A stretch of DNA of 64,000 bases from Candidatus Omnitrophota bacterium (GTDB lineage: Bacteria; Omnitrophota; Gorgyraeia; Gorgyraeales; Gorgyraeaceae): NCBI GenBank assembly GCA_030649895.1, contig JAUSEX010000020.1, forward strand, positions 23,109 to 87,108, in the 5' to 3' direction. Below the pieces are notes generated by a model. The model saw nothing but the letters and a program-made list of their open reading frames with translations. It was not told the origin of the DNA and made no database searches. The number at the start of each line of letters is the position of its first letter. Position 1 is the first letter of the stretch. The position numbers and the translations under genes are program-made. This document shows positions 31,875 through 40,617 of the stretch, piece by piece.

Positions 31875-33074
31875 ATGCAAAAATCTCACGCAAATTTTAA
31901 GAACAGGGTTGATTCAGTAATTAAAAGGGTTAAATGGACAAAAGGTAAAAATTATTATTTTTATATGCGAAACCTTGAATCCCCCTCAGAGTCGCGCGTA
32001 AAGATTAATGGCAGAGAGATGATCATGCTCGGCTCCAATAATTATTTAGGATTAACAACGCATCCTGAAGTAAAAGAGGCTGCGATAAATGCGGTTAAAA
32101 AATATGGCGTAGGTTCGGGCGGAGTGAGAATTCTAAGCGGGACGTATAAACTGCACGAAGAACTGGAAAGAGAAATCGCCAAATTCAAGGGGACGGAATC
32201 AGCTATAGTATTTAATACAGGTTTTATAACAAACCTGGGCACTATCATAGCCCTTGTCAATGAAAATAGCGTGGTGATAAACGATGAGAAAAATCACGCC
32301 AGTATAGTAGACGGTTCTATTTCTTCCAGGGCGCAGATCAGAGTTTTTTTACATAATGATATGAAATATCTGGAAAAGATTTTACGTTCTTATCCTAGGA
32401 CTCAGGATAAGCTGATCATAGTGGATTCTGTTTACAGCATGGATGGCGATATAGCGAACCTGCCGGAGATACAAAAGCTTGCAAAGAAATATAACGCCAG
32501 GACGATGATCGATGAAGCGCATGCGTCAGGCGTATTAGGCAGGACCGGCAAAGGGGCTCCGGAATATTTCAATATGACAGGAAAGATAGATATAGTCATG
32601 GGCACTCTTAGCAAGGCCATGGGCGGCTTAGGAGGATTTATTGCTTCCACGGAGGATATAGTCACATATCTGAAACATGTAAGCAGAGAATTTATCTTTT
32701 CCGCGAGTTTACCGCCTGCGATTATCGCTGGAAATATAGCGGCAATTAAAGTTATCCGGAAAGAGCCGCATTTGCTGAAGCAGCTTTGGAGAAACATAAA
32801 ATATATAAAAAAAGGGCTGGCGGGATTAGGTTACGACATAGGCAATAGCCAGTCAGCTATTATACCGGTTTTAATCAGGGATGAGGTAAAGACATTTAAG
32901 ATGGCGCAGATACTGGATGAGGCGGGTATTTTCGTAAACCCGGTGGTCTTTCCTGCAGTAAAAGAATCAGAATCAAGGATCAGGATTAGCGTAATGGCCT
33001 CGCATAGTTTAGCGGACCTAACCAGGGCATTAGAGGCTTTTAAGAAAGCAGGAAAACAGATAGGGCTGATTTAA
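31875..33074 (+). CDS. PLP-dependent alpha-oxoamine synthase (serine palmitoyltransferase-like; BioF/Kbl/CqsA family)
   Basis: GSNNYLGL, NHASIVDG, YSMDGD, IDEAH, GTLSKA (PLP lysine), FIFSASLPP. Confidence 0.9.
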   Translation: MQKSHANFKNRVDSVIKRVKWTKGKNYYFYMRNLESPSESRVKINGREMIMLGSNNYLGLTTHPEVKEAAINAVKKYGVGSGGVRILSGTYKLHEELEREIAKFKGTESAIVFNTGFITNLGTIIALVNENSVVINDEKNHASIVDGSISSRAQIRVFLHNDMKYLEKILRSYPRTQDKLIIVDSVYSMDGDIANLPEIQKLAKKYNARTMIDEAHASGVLGRTGKGAPEYFNMTGKIDIVMGTLSKAMGGLGGFIASTEDIVTYLKHVSREFIFSASLPPAIIAGNIAAIKVIRKEPHLLKQLWRNIKYIKKGLAGLGYDIGNSQSAIIPVLIRDEVKTFKMAQILDEAGIFVNPVVFPAVKESESRIRISVMASHSLADLTRALEAFKKAGKQIGLI

Positions 33075-35279
33075 ATGATACAGCTACAACTAAGCAGCGT
33101 TTCTATCGCGATAATAATCAATATTCTTTTGGGGTTATTCGTCTATTTTAAAAACCCAAAGAAATGGGTCAATCTTTCTTTTGTGCTGATGACCTTTAGC
33201 GTTGCTTTGTGGAATGCAGGGGATGTTTTGATTGCATTTTCAAAAGATTCCTCGATTGCTATTATTTGGAGTAGAATTTCTTATGTAGGCGCGGTTTTTT
33301 TTCCAACATTTTCTATTCATTTCGTAGTTTCTATAATTAGAGACGTAGTGCATAAAAATTGGAAGAAAGTTCTTATTGTAACTTATGCCAGCACGATTTT
33401 TTTACTTTGTTTTATTTTTACGCCTTTCATTATTAAAGGCGTAATGCTTAAACCTTTCAAAGAAATACCCGGGCCTCTTTATTTTCTTTTTATATTATTT
33501 TTTATGTCCTGCTTTGCATACCTGTTTTATATCCTGATCAAAGCCCTTAAAAAATCCACAGGTTTAAAGAGAACGCAATTAGGATATGTATTATTAGGAT
33601 ATTTCACAGGCGCCATCGCCGGATTGATTTATTTTTTAATATTGCAGGGATTTAATATACCGCCTATTCATTACATAGTTGAAATAGGCTATACCCTGGT
33701 AGTGTCCTACGCTATTATAAAATACAGGCTAATGAATATAAGATCAGCAGTTACCCGCGCCGGGGTATTTGCTTTTGTTTATACGGTAGTATTGGCTATT
33801 CCTTTTATAGTGGGGGGTATAATAAAGACGCATATTTCCAGCGTATCTTCTAATTGGTGGATAATACCGCTTTTGACAGGTATTGTCCTGGCCAGCGCAG
33901 GCCCTTTTATTTATATAGGGTTACAGAGAAGATTCGAATCCAGGTTAAGAGCTATGGAGTTCAAGTCGCACGAGGCGTTGAGGCGGCTTTCGCATAATAT
34001 GCTCAGATTCACTAACCTGAATGTTCTTTTAAGGCTGATGGTGCATTATTTAGTTAAAGTTTTGAAACTTAGATTCGCAGCTATATATTTATTTGATAAA
34101 CAGAACGAAAGATATATATTAAGCAGCGTCTGGTATAGCGGTGAAAACGTTGAATTGCCGCAAGAATTTGAGGTAAATAGCTATCTTGTGGAATATATGC
34201 ATTTAAAGAAACTGCCTGTAGTAGCAGAAGAGCTATCGCTTTATGCGCCTGTATCCTTGGCCTCTAAGATAGGGAAGCTTTCTTCTGATTTATCAGCTAT
34301 CAAGATAAATACAGCGATCCCGTCATTTTTAAGAAATAATCTCATAGGTTTCTTGATATTATCTGACAGAAGGAGGAAAAATATACCATTTACCCAGGAG
34401 GACCTCAATTTTTTGATGGTCCTTTCTAACGAGGCGGCGCTTGCTATTGAAAACGCGCAGTTTCATCAAAAGGAGGTTTCAACGCTTGTTGAAAAATCCA
34501 AAAGAGAAGCTCTTGCGGATATGGCTCCCGGGGCGTCCCATCAGTTTAATAACCGCCTTGCTTCCATAAGTTCTTCAGTGGAGCTTTTACTTTTCAAAAT
34601 GGAGAATTTTAATATAGAAGCTCATTATGACGAGAAGACCAGGGCCTTGCTTAAGGATACAAAAGAAACCCTGGAATTAATAGATAACGAGGTCTATAAA
34701 GGCAAGGAAATAACGTCCGCAATCTTAAAAAGGGCTAAGGCAAAAGTGGAGTTTCAGGAGTTTGACCTGCCAACCCTTATTGAAAATACATACAAGCTTG
34801 TCATGATAAGCCGTTCCCGTTCAGGCCTGGATAGAGCAAAAGAGCTGAAATTTAATATAGTCTGTCTTAATAAGATACCTGATATATTCGCAAGCGAAGC
34901 GCTGCTGCAGGATGTTTTTTATAACCTTATAGATAACGCTTATGACGCCATACAGGACAAGGCAAGGCTTATGAGCCAGGGAGGAAACTCTTTTTATCAG
35001 GGCGATATCGAGGTTTCGCTTAGTCAAGAAGGCAATATTATAGTGGCCAAGGTGAAGGACAACGGGATAGGCCTTACAAAAGAAAACCATAGAAAGCTTT
35101 TCACGCCTTATTTTACCACCAAGGCTACGTCTAATAAGGGAAGCGGGCTGGGTTTGTGCGTAATAAGGGATTTTATAGAGATGCACAAAGGCGCGATTGC
35201 CTGCGATTCGGAATACGATAAAGGCGCCACCTTTACCATAAGATTACCGATAAAGAAGGAGAAAATCCATGGAACCTAA
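33075..35279 (+). CDS. Sensor histidine kinase (HisKA_7TM-like multi-TM N-terminus, GAF, DHp, HATPase)
   Basis: Multiple TMs, GAF end motif LSNEAALAIENA, H-box SHQFNNRL, NLIDNA, DNGIG, FTPYFTTK, GSGLGL. Confidence 0.92.
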   Translation: MIQLQLSSVSIAIIINILLGLFVYFKNPKKWVNLSFVLMTFSVALWNAGDVLIAFSKDSSIAIIWSRISYVGAVFFPTFSIHFVVSIIRDVVHKNWKKVLIVTYASTIFLLCFIFTPFIIKGVMLKPFKEIPGPLYFLFILFFMSCFAYLFYILIKALKKSTGLKRTQLGYVLLGYFTGAIAGLIYFLILQGFNIPPIHYIVEIGYTLVVSYAIIKYRLMNIRSAVTRAGVFAFVYTVVLAIPFIVGGIIKTHISSVSSNWWIIPLLTGIVLASAGPFIYIGLQRRFESRLRAMEFKSHEALRRLSHNMLRFTNLNVLLRLMVHYLVKVLKLRFAAIYLFDKQNERYILSSVWYSGENVELPQEFEVNSYLVEYMHLKKLPVVAEELSLYAPVSLASKIGKLSSDLSAIKINTAIPSFLRNNLIGFLILSDRRRKNIPFTQEDLNFLMVLSNEAALAIENAQFHQKEVSTLVEKSKREALADMAPGASHQFNNRLASISSSVELLLFKMENFNIEAHYDEKTRALLKDTKETLELIDNEVYKGKEITSAILKRAKAKVEFQEFDLPTLIENTYKLVMISRSRSGLDRAKELKFNIVCLNKIPDIFASEALLQDVFYNLIDNAYDAIQDKARLMSQGGNSFYQGDIEVSLSQEGNIIVAKVKDNGIGLTKENHRKLFTPYFTTKATSNKGSGLGLCVIRDFIEMHKGAIACDSEYDKGATFTIRLPIKKEKIHGT

Positions 35280-35652
35280 TCCGGGCCGCAAGGTCCTGCT
35301 AATCGACGACGAAGAAACTTTATTAAAAAACATAGGGGAATTTTTAAAGGTCGGGGGATATTCTGTTTTTACATCTTCCAATAGTACGGATGGGCTGGAG
35401 TTGCTGAGAAACCATGGCCCTGATTTATTGCTTCTGGACCTGCATCTAAAAGAAGGGCTTACGGGCATGCAGGTCCTGAGGGCCGCAAAGATGCTGAAGC
35501 CTGATTTAAAGGTTGTTATATTGTCAGGATTCGGCGAAGAAGAGGATACGAAAAAGAGCTGTATTTCACTTGGCGCAAGCGCTTTTTTAGGAAAACCCAC
35601 GTCTCTGAGAAGCTTGTCTGAGATTATAAAGAATCTTCTGGAGGTAAAATAA
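35269..35652 (+). CDS. Single-domain response regulator (REC)
   Basis: LLIDDE, LLLDL, ILSG, GKP. Confidence 0.92.
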   Translation: MEPNPGRKVLLIDDEETLLKNIGEFLKVGGYSVFTSSNSTDGLELLRNHGPDLLLLDLHLKEGLTGMQVLRAAKMLKPDLKVVILSGFGEEEDTKKSCISLGASAFLGKPTSLRSLSEIIKNLLEVK

Positions 35653-35892
35653 ATGCAAGGAAAATTAAGAGAAGAATTTCATGGTATAAACAATTTACTT
35701 AACAAAATAACTACTCAGGCAGGCATGGCTAAGTATCATCTGGAAGAAAAAGGGTTTGATCTTGCAAAGATCGAAGAGGAGAAAGAGCGGCTCATAAAAG
35801 TCCTGGATAGCATGGAAGAGAACGCCATGAATATAGGGGAGTTGTTAAGGAACCTGCGCAAAGGCATCGAAACAGGGAGATCCTGGGAATGA
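35653..35892 (+). CDS. Stand-alone DHp/HisKA-like small protein (putative phosphotransferase)
   Basis: EEFHGINNLL H-box-like motif; RBS GGAGG; translationally coupled on both sides. Confidence 0.65.
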   Translation: MQGKLREEFHGINNLLNKITTQAGMAKYHLEEKGFDLAKIEEEKERLIKVLDSMEENAMNIGELLRNLRKGIETGRSWE

Positions 35893-37835
35893 GTAAGAAG
35901 ATTTTGATAGTGGATGACGAGATAGACATTACCTTGGTTTTGAAAGAATTTTTTATATCGAAGGGCTATGAGGCGCTTGCTGCGTTTAACGGCAGGGAAG
36001 CGGTAGGCTTTTTAAATCAGCCTGGCATAGATCTTATTTTATTGGATATGCAGATGCCGGATATGAGCGGGTTAGAGGTATTAAAGGAAGCGAGAAAAAT
36101 ACACAAAGACACGAAGATAATAGTATTGACGGGTTTTTCAGAGGAATATAAAGAAGAAGCGGAAAAGATAGGATGTGATGCGTTTCTGACAAAACCATTT
36201 TCCATAAGAACGCTTATAACTGCAGCAGAGTCTGTCCTGACCGGTAAAGAAGAAGGTAGAAGCGATATAGCGACTCTTATGGAAGATGATAATGTATTAG
36301 CGAAGGCGAAACTCCTTTTTATTGAGCCAAACGAAATAACATACGGCTCGAAATTATCGTATTTCCGGGATTTGAAACATTGCAAAGGCAGGTATCGGGT
36401 AGCAGCGGCTTTCACGGAAAACGAGGCTATGAAAAAGCTGGAAGAATTTAAACCTGACATTGTATTGAGCGATATAGGCGTATTCAGGTTATATAAGCTG
36501 AGAGATAAGATTTTAAAGATGCAAAGCCCTGCAAAAGATATAATATTATACGGCCTTTCCCCTGACGCCAAGGATTCGTTGAAAAACGGCTATGCCTCGT
36601 TTGTCGGGGGCCTGTTTGATCCGATAACTGCTATGGTTAGCCCGGAAGAAATGGATAGGCTGGGAAAAATTGTCCGCAGGGCAGCGATGGAACATGGTTT
36701 GTATAAAAGTCAGGAAACAGAAACCGAGCAATTTTACAACTATCATAAAGTCCTCCTGGAAGCCAGTAAAGGCATGGTGCTTATAACTGACACAAGCAAG
36801 TTGTTGTATCTTATTGTATACGTAGTGAAAAAACATATGAAGCTAAAAAGCGCGTGCATATTTTATTATGATGAACAGGACAAGAGTTTTGTCCTAACGT
36901 GTAAGCGCGGAGAAAGCGATGCGCAAAGAGGCTACAGGATAGGCGATTCGCACCCTTTTATAAAATGGTTAAAGGACAGGCAAAGCGGGTTTTCATATAA
37001 TAAAGACGATTTTATGAATCTGCCTGATGTCGGAAACGAACTGGAGAAGCTTGGCTGCGCAGCGTGCGTGCCGAGTTTTAATAAAGACAAGCTTATAGGA
37101 TTTTTGATTTTGGGCAATAAACTGTCGGGTGATTCGTACGCGAGGGAGGAGCTGGAGTTATTGTTAACCATTTCTAACGAAGCCGCTATTGTAATAGAAA
37201 ACGCTAAAAATGTCTTTGAACTGCAGAAATTAAGGGAAAAAGAGAAAGAAAATTATTTTCAGACAATTCTCGCCTTAGCCAGGACAGTGGATGAAAAAGA
37301 CGCTTATACGCGTGGCCATTTGGATGAGGTTACCAGGTATGGGGTGATAGTGGCGGAAGAACTGACGGAATCTTTAAAAATAAATATAGACATGGAAGAA
37401 TTGAAGACAGCGCTTCTTCTTCACGATATAGGAAAGATTGGCGTGCCTGACGCGCTGCTTCATAAAATATCCAGCCTGACGCCCGAAGAGTTTGAAATAA
37501 TGAAACAGCATTCTGCAATAGGCGCAAGGATTATCGAGCCTATAGAGAAACTGAAAAAGATAGGCAGGATCATAAAACATCACCAGGAAAAATATAACGG
37601 CACAGGTTACCCCGACGGACTTAAAGGCGAGGATATCCCCCTTGAGTCCAGGATAGTGGCTGTGGTGGATGCGTATCACGCAATGATATCGGACAGGCCT
37701 TACAGAAAGGCCCTGCCCGAAGATACGGCCTTGAATGAGCTCAGGAGCTGCAGAGGCACGCAATTCGACCCTTTGATAGTAGATGCGTTTCTCAGGGCTT
37801 ATGAAAAAGGTAAAATAGTAAAGCGTAAAATTTAG
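35889..37835 (+). CDS. REC-degenerate REC-GAF-HD-GYP cyclic-di-GMP phosphodiesterase
   Basis: ILIVDDE/LLDMQMP/TKPF, GAF, LLHDIGKIG, HHQEKYNGTGYPDGL, DRPYR, GTQFDP. Confidence 0.92.
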   Translation: MSKKILIVDDEIDITLVLKEFFISKGYEALAAFNGREAVGFLNQPGIDLILLDMQMPDMSGLEVLKEARKIHKDTKIIVLTGFSEEYKEEAEKIGCDAFLTKPFSIRTLITAAESVLTGKEEGRSDIATLMEDDNVLAKAKLLFIEPNEITYGSKLSYFRDLKHCKGRYRVAAAFTENEAMKKLEEFKPDIVLSDIGVFRLYKLRDKILKMQSPAKDIILYGLSPDAKDSLKNGYASFVGGLFDPITAMVSPEEMDRLGKIVRRAAMEHGLYKSQETETEQFYNYHKVLLEASKGMVLITDTSKLLYLIVYVVKKHMKLKSACIFYYDEQDKSFVLTCKRGESDAQRGYRIGDSHPFIKWLKDRQSGFSYNKDDFMNLPDVGNELEKLGCAACVPSFNKDKLIGFLILGNKLSGDSYAREELELLLTISNEAAIVIENAKNVFELQKLREKEKENYFQTILALARTVDEKDAYTRGHLDEVTRYGVIVAEELTESLKINIDMEELKTALLLHDIGKIGVPDALLHKISSLTPEEFEIMKQHSAIGARIIEPIEKLKKIGRIIKHHQEKYNGTGYPDGLKGEDIPLESRIVAVVDAYHAMISDRPYRKALPEDTALNELRSCRGTQFDPLIVDAFLRAYEKGKIVKRKI

Positions 37836-37844
37836 GAGATACTT

Positions 37845-39053
37845 ATGAAATATATTGTTCTCGTTGGAGACGGAATGGGCGACAGGCCCATTGAAGATCT
37901 TGGCGGCAAGACCGTGCTTGAGGCGGCAAAGATTCCTAATATGAATTTTATAGCTGAGAATGGCAAGGTGGGGCTTACAAACATGATCCCGTCCAGGATG
38001 TTGCCTGCAAGCGACGTGGCGAATCTTTCTATACTCGGATATAACCCTAAAAAATACTACACGGGACGCGGTCCGCTGGAAGCGGCGAATATGGGCATAG
38101 ACCTGAAGGAGGACGAGGTGGCGTTCAGGTGTAACCTTGTGACTATTTCAGGCGAGAGAATGGCGGATTACAGCGCAGGCCACATATCAAATGAGGAAGC
38201 AAAGTCTATAATAAAGGAGCTGAATTTCAAGCTGGGCTCTGATGATATAAAATTTTATCCCGGCGTAAGCTACAGGCATCTTATGATTTTTAAATGCAAA
38301 GATAAAAGTGTCCAGGAAGGGTTTGTGAATGCAAAGTGCACTCCGCCTCACGATATAGCGGGAAAGATAATAAACAGGTTCCTTCCCGCGAGGACTCCTC
38401 AGGCAGAGATACTAAAAAGATTGATGGATGAATCTAAAAAGATTTTAGCAGACCATGATGTGAACAGGGTAAGGCTTGATTTAAAAGAAAATCCCGCTAA
38501 CATGATATGGTTGTGGGGCCAGGGCGTAAGGTCTTTTATGCCGAAATTTTCAAAGCTTTATCACGTGGAAGGTTCTATTATTTCAGCGGTTGACCTTATA
38601 AAAGGCATAGGGAGGATTATCGGGCTGGATGTTATAGACGTGCCAGGGGCTACCGGATATTACGATACGAATTATTTAGGCAAGGCAGAGTATGCCATTG
38701 ATTCTCTGAAACATAAGGATTTTGTGTTTGTTCATGTGGAGGCCCCTGACGAGGCTGGCCATAACGGGGATCTGAGAGAAAAGATTTACAGCGTAGAAAA
38801 ATTTGATAAGTTCGTAGTGGGGACCATACTGAGCCATTTCAAGGCCTCTAAAGAAGAATTCAGGATAATGGTTTTATATGACCACGCTACGCCGGTAGCG
38901 TTAAAAACCCATTCCCGGGACCATGTTTGTTTCGCTATGTACGGTACTGATATTGAACAAGGGGCAATAAAGCATTTCAACGAAAAAGAAGCCCGCCTGA
39001 CAAAATTCCGCATAGATAAGGGCCACGAGTTAATGGAATTCTTCATAAAATAA
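37845..39053 (+). CDS. apgM: Cofactor-independent phosphoglycerate mutase, ApgM family
   Basis: GDGMGD, SDVANLS, GRGPLEAA, HVEAPDEAGH, DHATP. Confidence 0.88.
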   Translation: MKYIVLVGDGMGDRPIEDLGGKTVLEAAKIPNMNFIAENGKVGLTNMIPSRMLPASDVANLSILGYNPKKYYTGRGPLEAANMGIDLKEDEVAFRCNLVTISGERMADYSAGHISNEEAKSIIKELNFKLGSDDIKFYPGVSYRHLMIFKCKDKSVQEGFVNAKCTPPHDIAGKIINRFLPARTPQAEILKRLMDESKKILADHDVNRVRLDLKENPANMIWLWGQGVRSFMPKFSKLYHVEGSIISAVDLIKGIGRIIGLDVIDVPGATGYYDTNYLGKAEYAIDSLKHKDFVFVHVEAPDEAGHNGDLREKIYSVEKFDKFVVGTILSHFKASKEEFRIMVLYDHATPVALKTHSRDHVCFAMYGTDIEQGAIKHFNEKEARLTKFRIDKGHELMEFFIK

Positions 39054-39280
39054 CCTGATTTTACAATTTGCGCCAGCGCTGTTCGTAAAGCCAGGATACT
39101 GTCTGAAAATTTTGCTGTCCGCTCAAATGCGCCTAAGGCCCAAGCCGGCTTGAGCGAATGAACGTATTTTCGAAAGCCTGCCGGAACTGGCTATTACGTA
39201 ATATGTTATCTGGCTATTCAAATGGCAATTTCAAATATTTTAATAGATTATTTTTGGCATATGTGGTAATATTTATCGAT

Positions 39281-40504
39281 ATGGGAAAACGTTTGATTGT
39301 TCAAAAATATGGCGGCAGTTCTGTAGCGAATACAGACAGGATAAAAAGTGTAGCGAACCGCATCGCAAAATACAAAAAGCAAGGCTATAATGTGGTGGTG
39401 ATAGTTTCCGCTTTAGGCGATACTACCGACGAATTGTTGGAACTTGCGGGACAGATAACGGATAAGCCAAGCGATAGAGAATTAGATATGCTCATATCTA
39501 CTGGCGAACAGGTGTCTGTGGCGCTTCTGGCAATGGCGCTACATAAGATAGGGGTTGATGCAATATCTTTTACAGGCCCTCAGGTAGGCATAATAACGGA
39601 CCGCACTCACACAAAGGCTAAGATCCTGAAGATAAGCGCTGACAGGATCAAGGGGCAGATCAATAAGGGCAGGGTTGTTATAGTGGCGGGCTTTCAGGGT
39701 ATGAACGCTGATCAGGAGATCACTACTCTTGGCAGGGGCGGTTCGGACCTTACCGCTGTCGCTATTGCTACAACGCTAAATGCTGACATGTGCGAGATAT
39801 ATACTGACGTTGAAGGTGTCTATACAGCTGATCCCAGGATCGTAAAAGACGCGAAAAAACTTTCCGTTATCAGTTATGAAGAGATGCTTGAGCTGGCTTC
39901 TCTGGGCGCGCAGGTTATGCAGGCCAGGTCCATGGAGGTCGCGAAAAAATATTCAGTATCGCTGCATATACGGTCAAGTTTTACGAATGAAGAAGGGACG
40001 ATTATTTCAAAGGAGGTTAAGGCGATGGAAGATGTTCTTGTGAGCGGGGTGACTGCAAATAAAGGCGAGGCAAAGGTGACTATCTGCGATGTCCCTGACA
40101 GGCCCGGAATAGCAGCGAAAATATTCACGGATATAGCAAGGCATGATATAAACGTTGATATGATAATTCAGAATATAAGCAGAAAAGGTTACACGGATCT
40201 CTCTTTTACGGTACCCGTGGCTGAGCTTAATAAGGCGAAAGATATGATGTCTAAAATAGTGAGATCCGTGAAGGCGAAAGGCGTGGTGTATAATAATGAG
40301 ATTGCCAAGGTTTCTATAGTCGGCGTAGGCATGAAGACGCATTCCGGGGTCGCGGCGAAGATGTTCGGGGCACTGGCCTCAAAAAAGATAAACATAGACA
40401 TGATTTCAACCTCTGAAATCAAGATATCGTGCGTGATAAATAAAAGATATGCGGATAAAGCGGTGATCGCGCTGCATAAGGCGTTTGGATTGGGGAAGAA
40501 ATAG
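39281..40504 (+). CDS. lysC: Aspartate kinase
   Basis: VQKYGGSSV, TTLGRGGSDLTA, YTDVEGVYTADPR, two ACT domains, STSEIKIS. Confidence 0.96.
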   Translation: MGKRLIVQKYGGSSVANTDRIKSVANRIAKYKKQGYNVVVIVSALGDTTDELLELAGQITDKPSDRELDMLISTGEQVSVALLAMALHKIGVDAISFTGPQVGIITDRTHTKAKILKISADRIKGQINKGRVVIVAGFQGMNADQEITTLGRGGSDLTAVAIATTLNADMCEIYTDVEGVYTADPRIVKDAKKLSVISYEEMLELASLGAQVMQARSMEVAKKYSVSLHIRSSFTNEEGTIISKEVKAMEDVLVSGVTANKGEAKVTICDVPDRPGIAAKIFTDIARHDINVDMIIQNISRKGYTDLSFTVPVAELNKAKDMMSKIVRSVKAKGVVYNNEIAKVSIVGVGMKTHSGVAAKMFGALASKKINIDMISTSEIKISCVINKRYADKAVIALHKAFGLGKK

Positions 40505-40617
40505 GATTCGCTTCTTGACTTGGCCGATTTGTGGCCTCGCTCGAAGAATAATATTGTTCGAGCGGACACCAATGTTTTGTTTATAAGCCCAGTCGAAAAC
40601 TATTAGAGGAAAATAAG

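Noticed and set aside
31875-33074. bioF or kbl gene symbol
   Set aside because: No bio or tdh context; ACP, ligase and FadL neighbours favour a long-chain acyl substrate, but the substrate cannot be fixed from sequence.
39054-39280. Lysine riboswitch upstream of lysC
   Set aside because: Conserved L-box motifs are not recognisable, and a -10 box lies immediately before the ATG.
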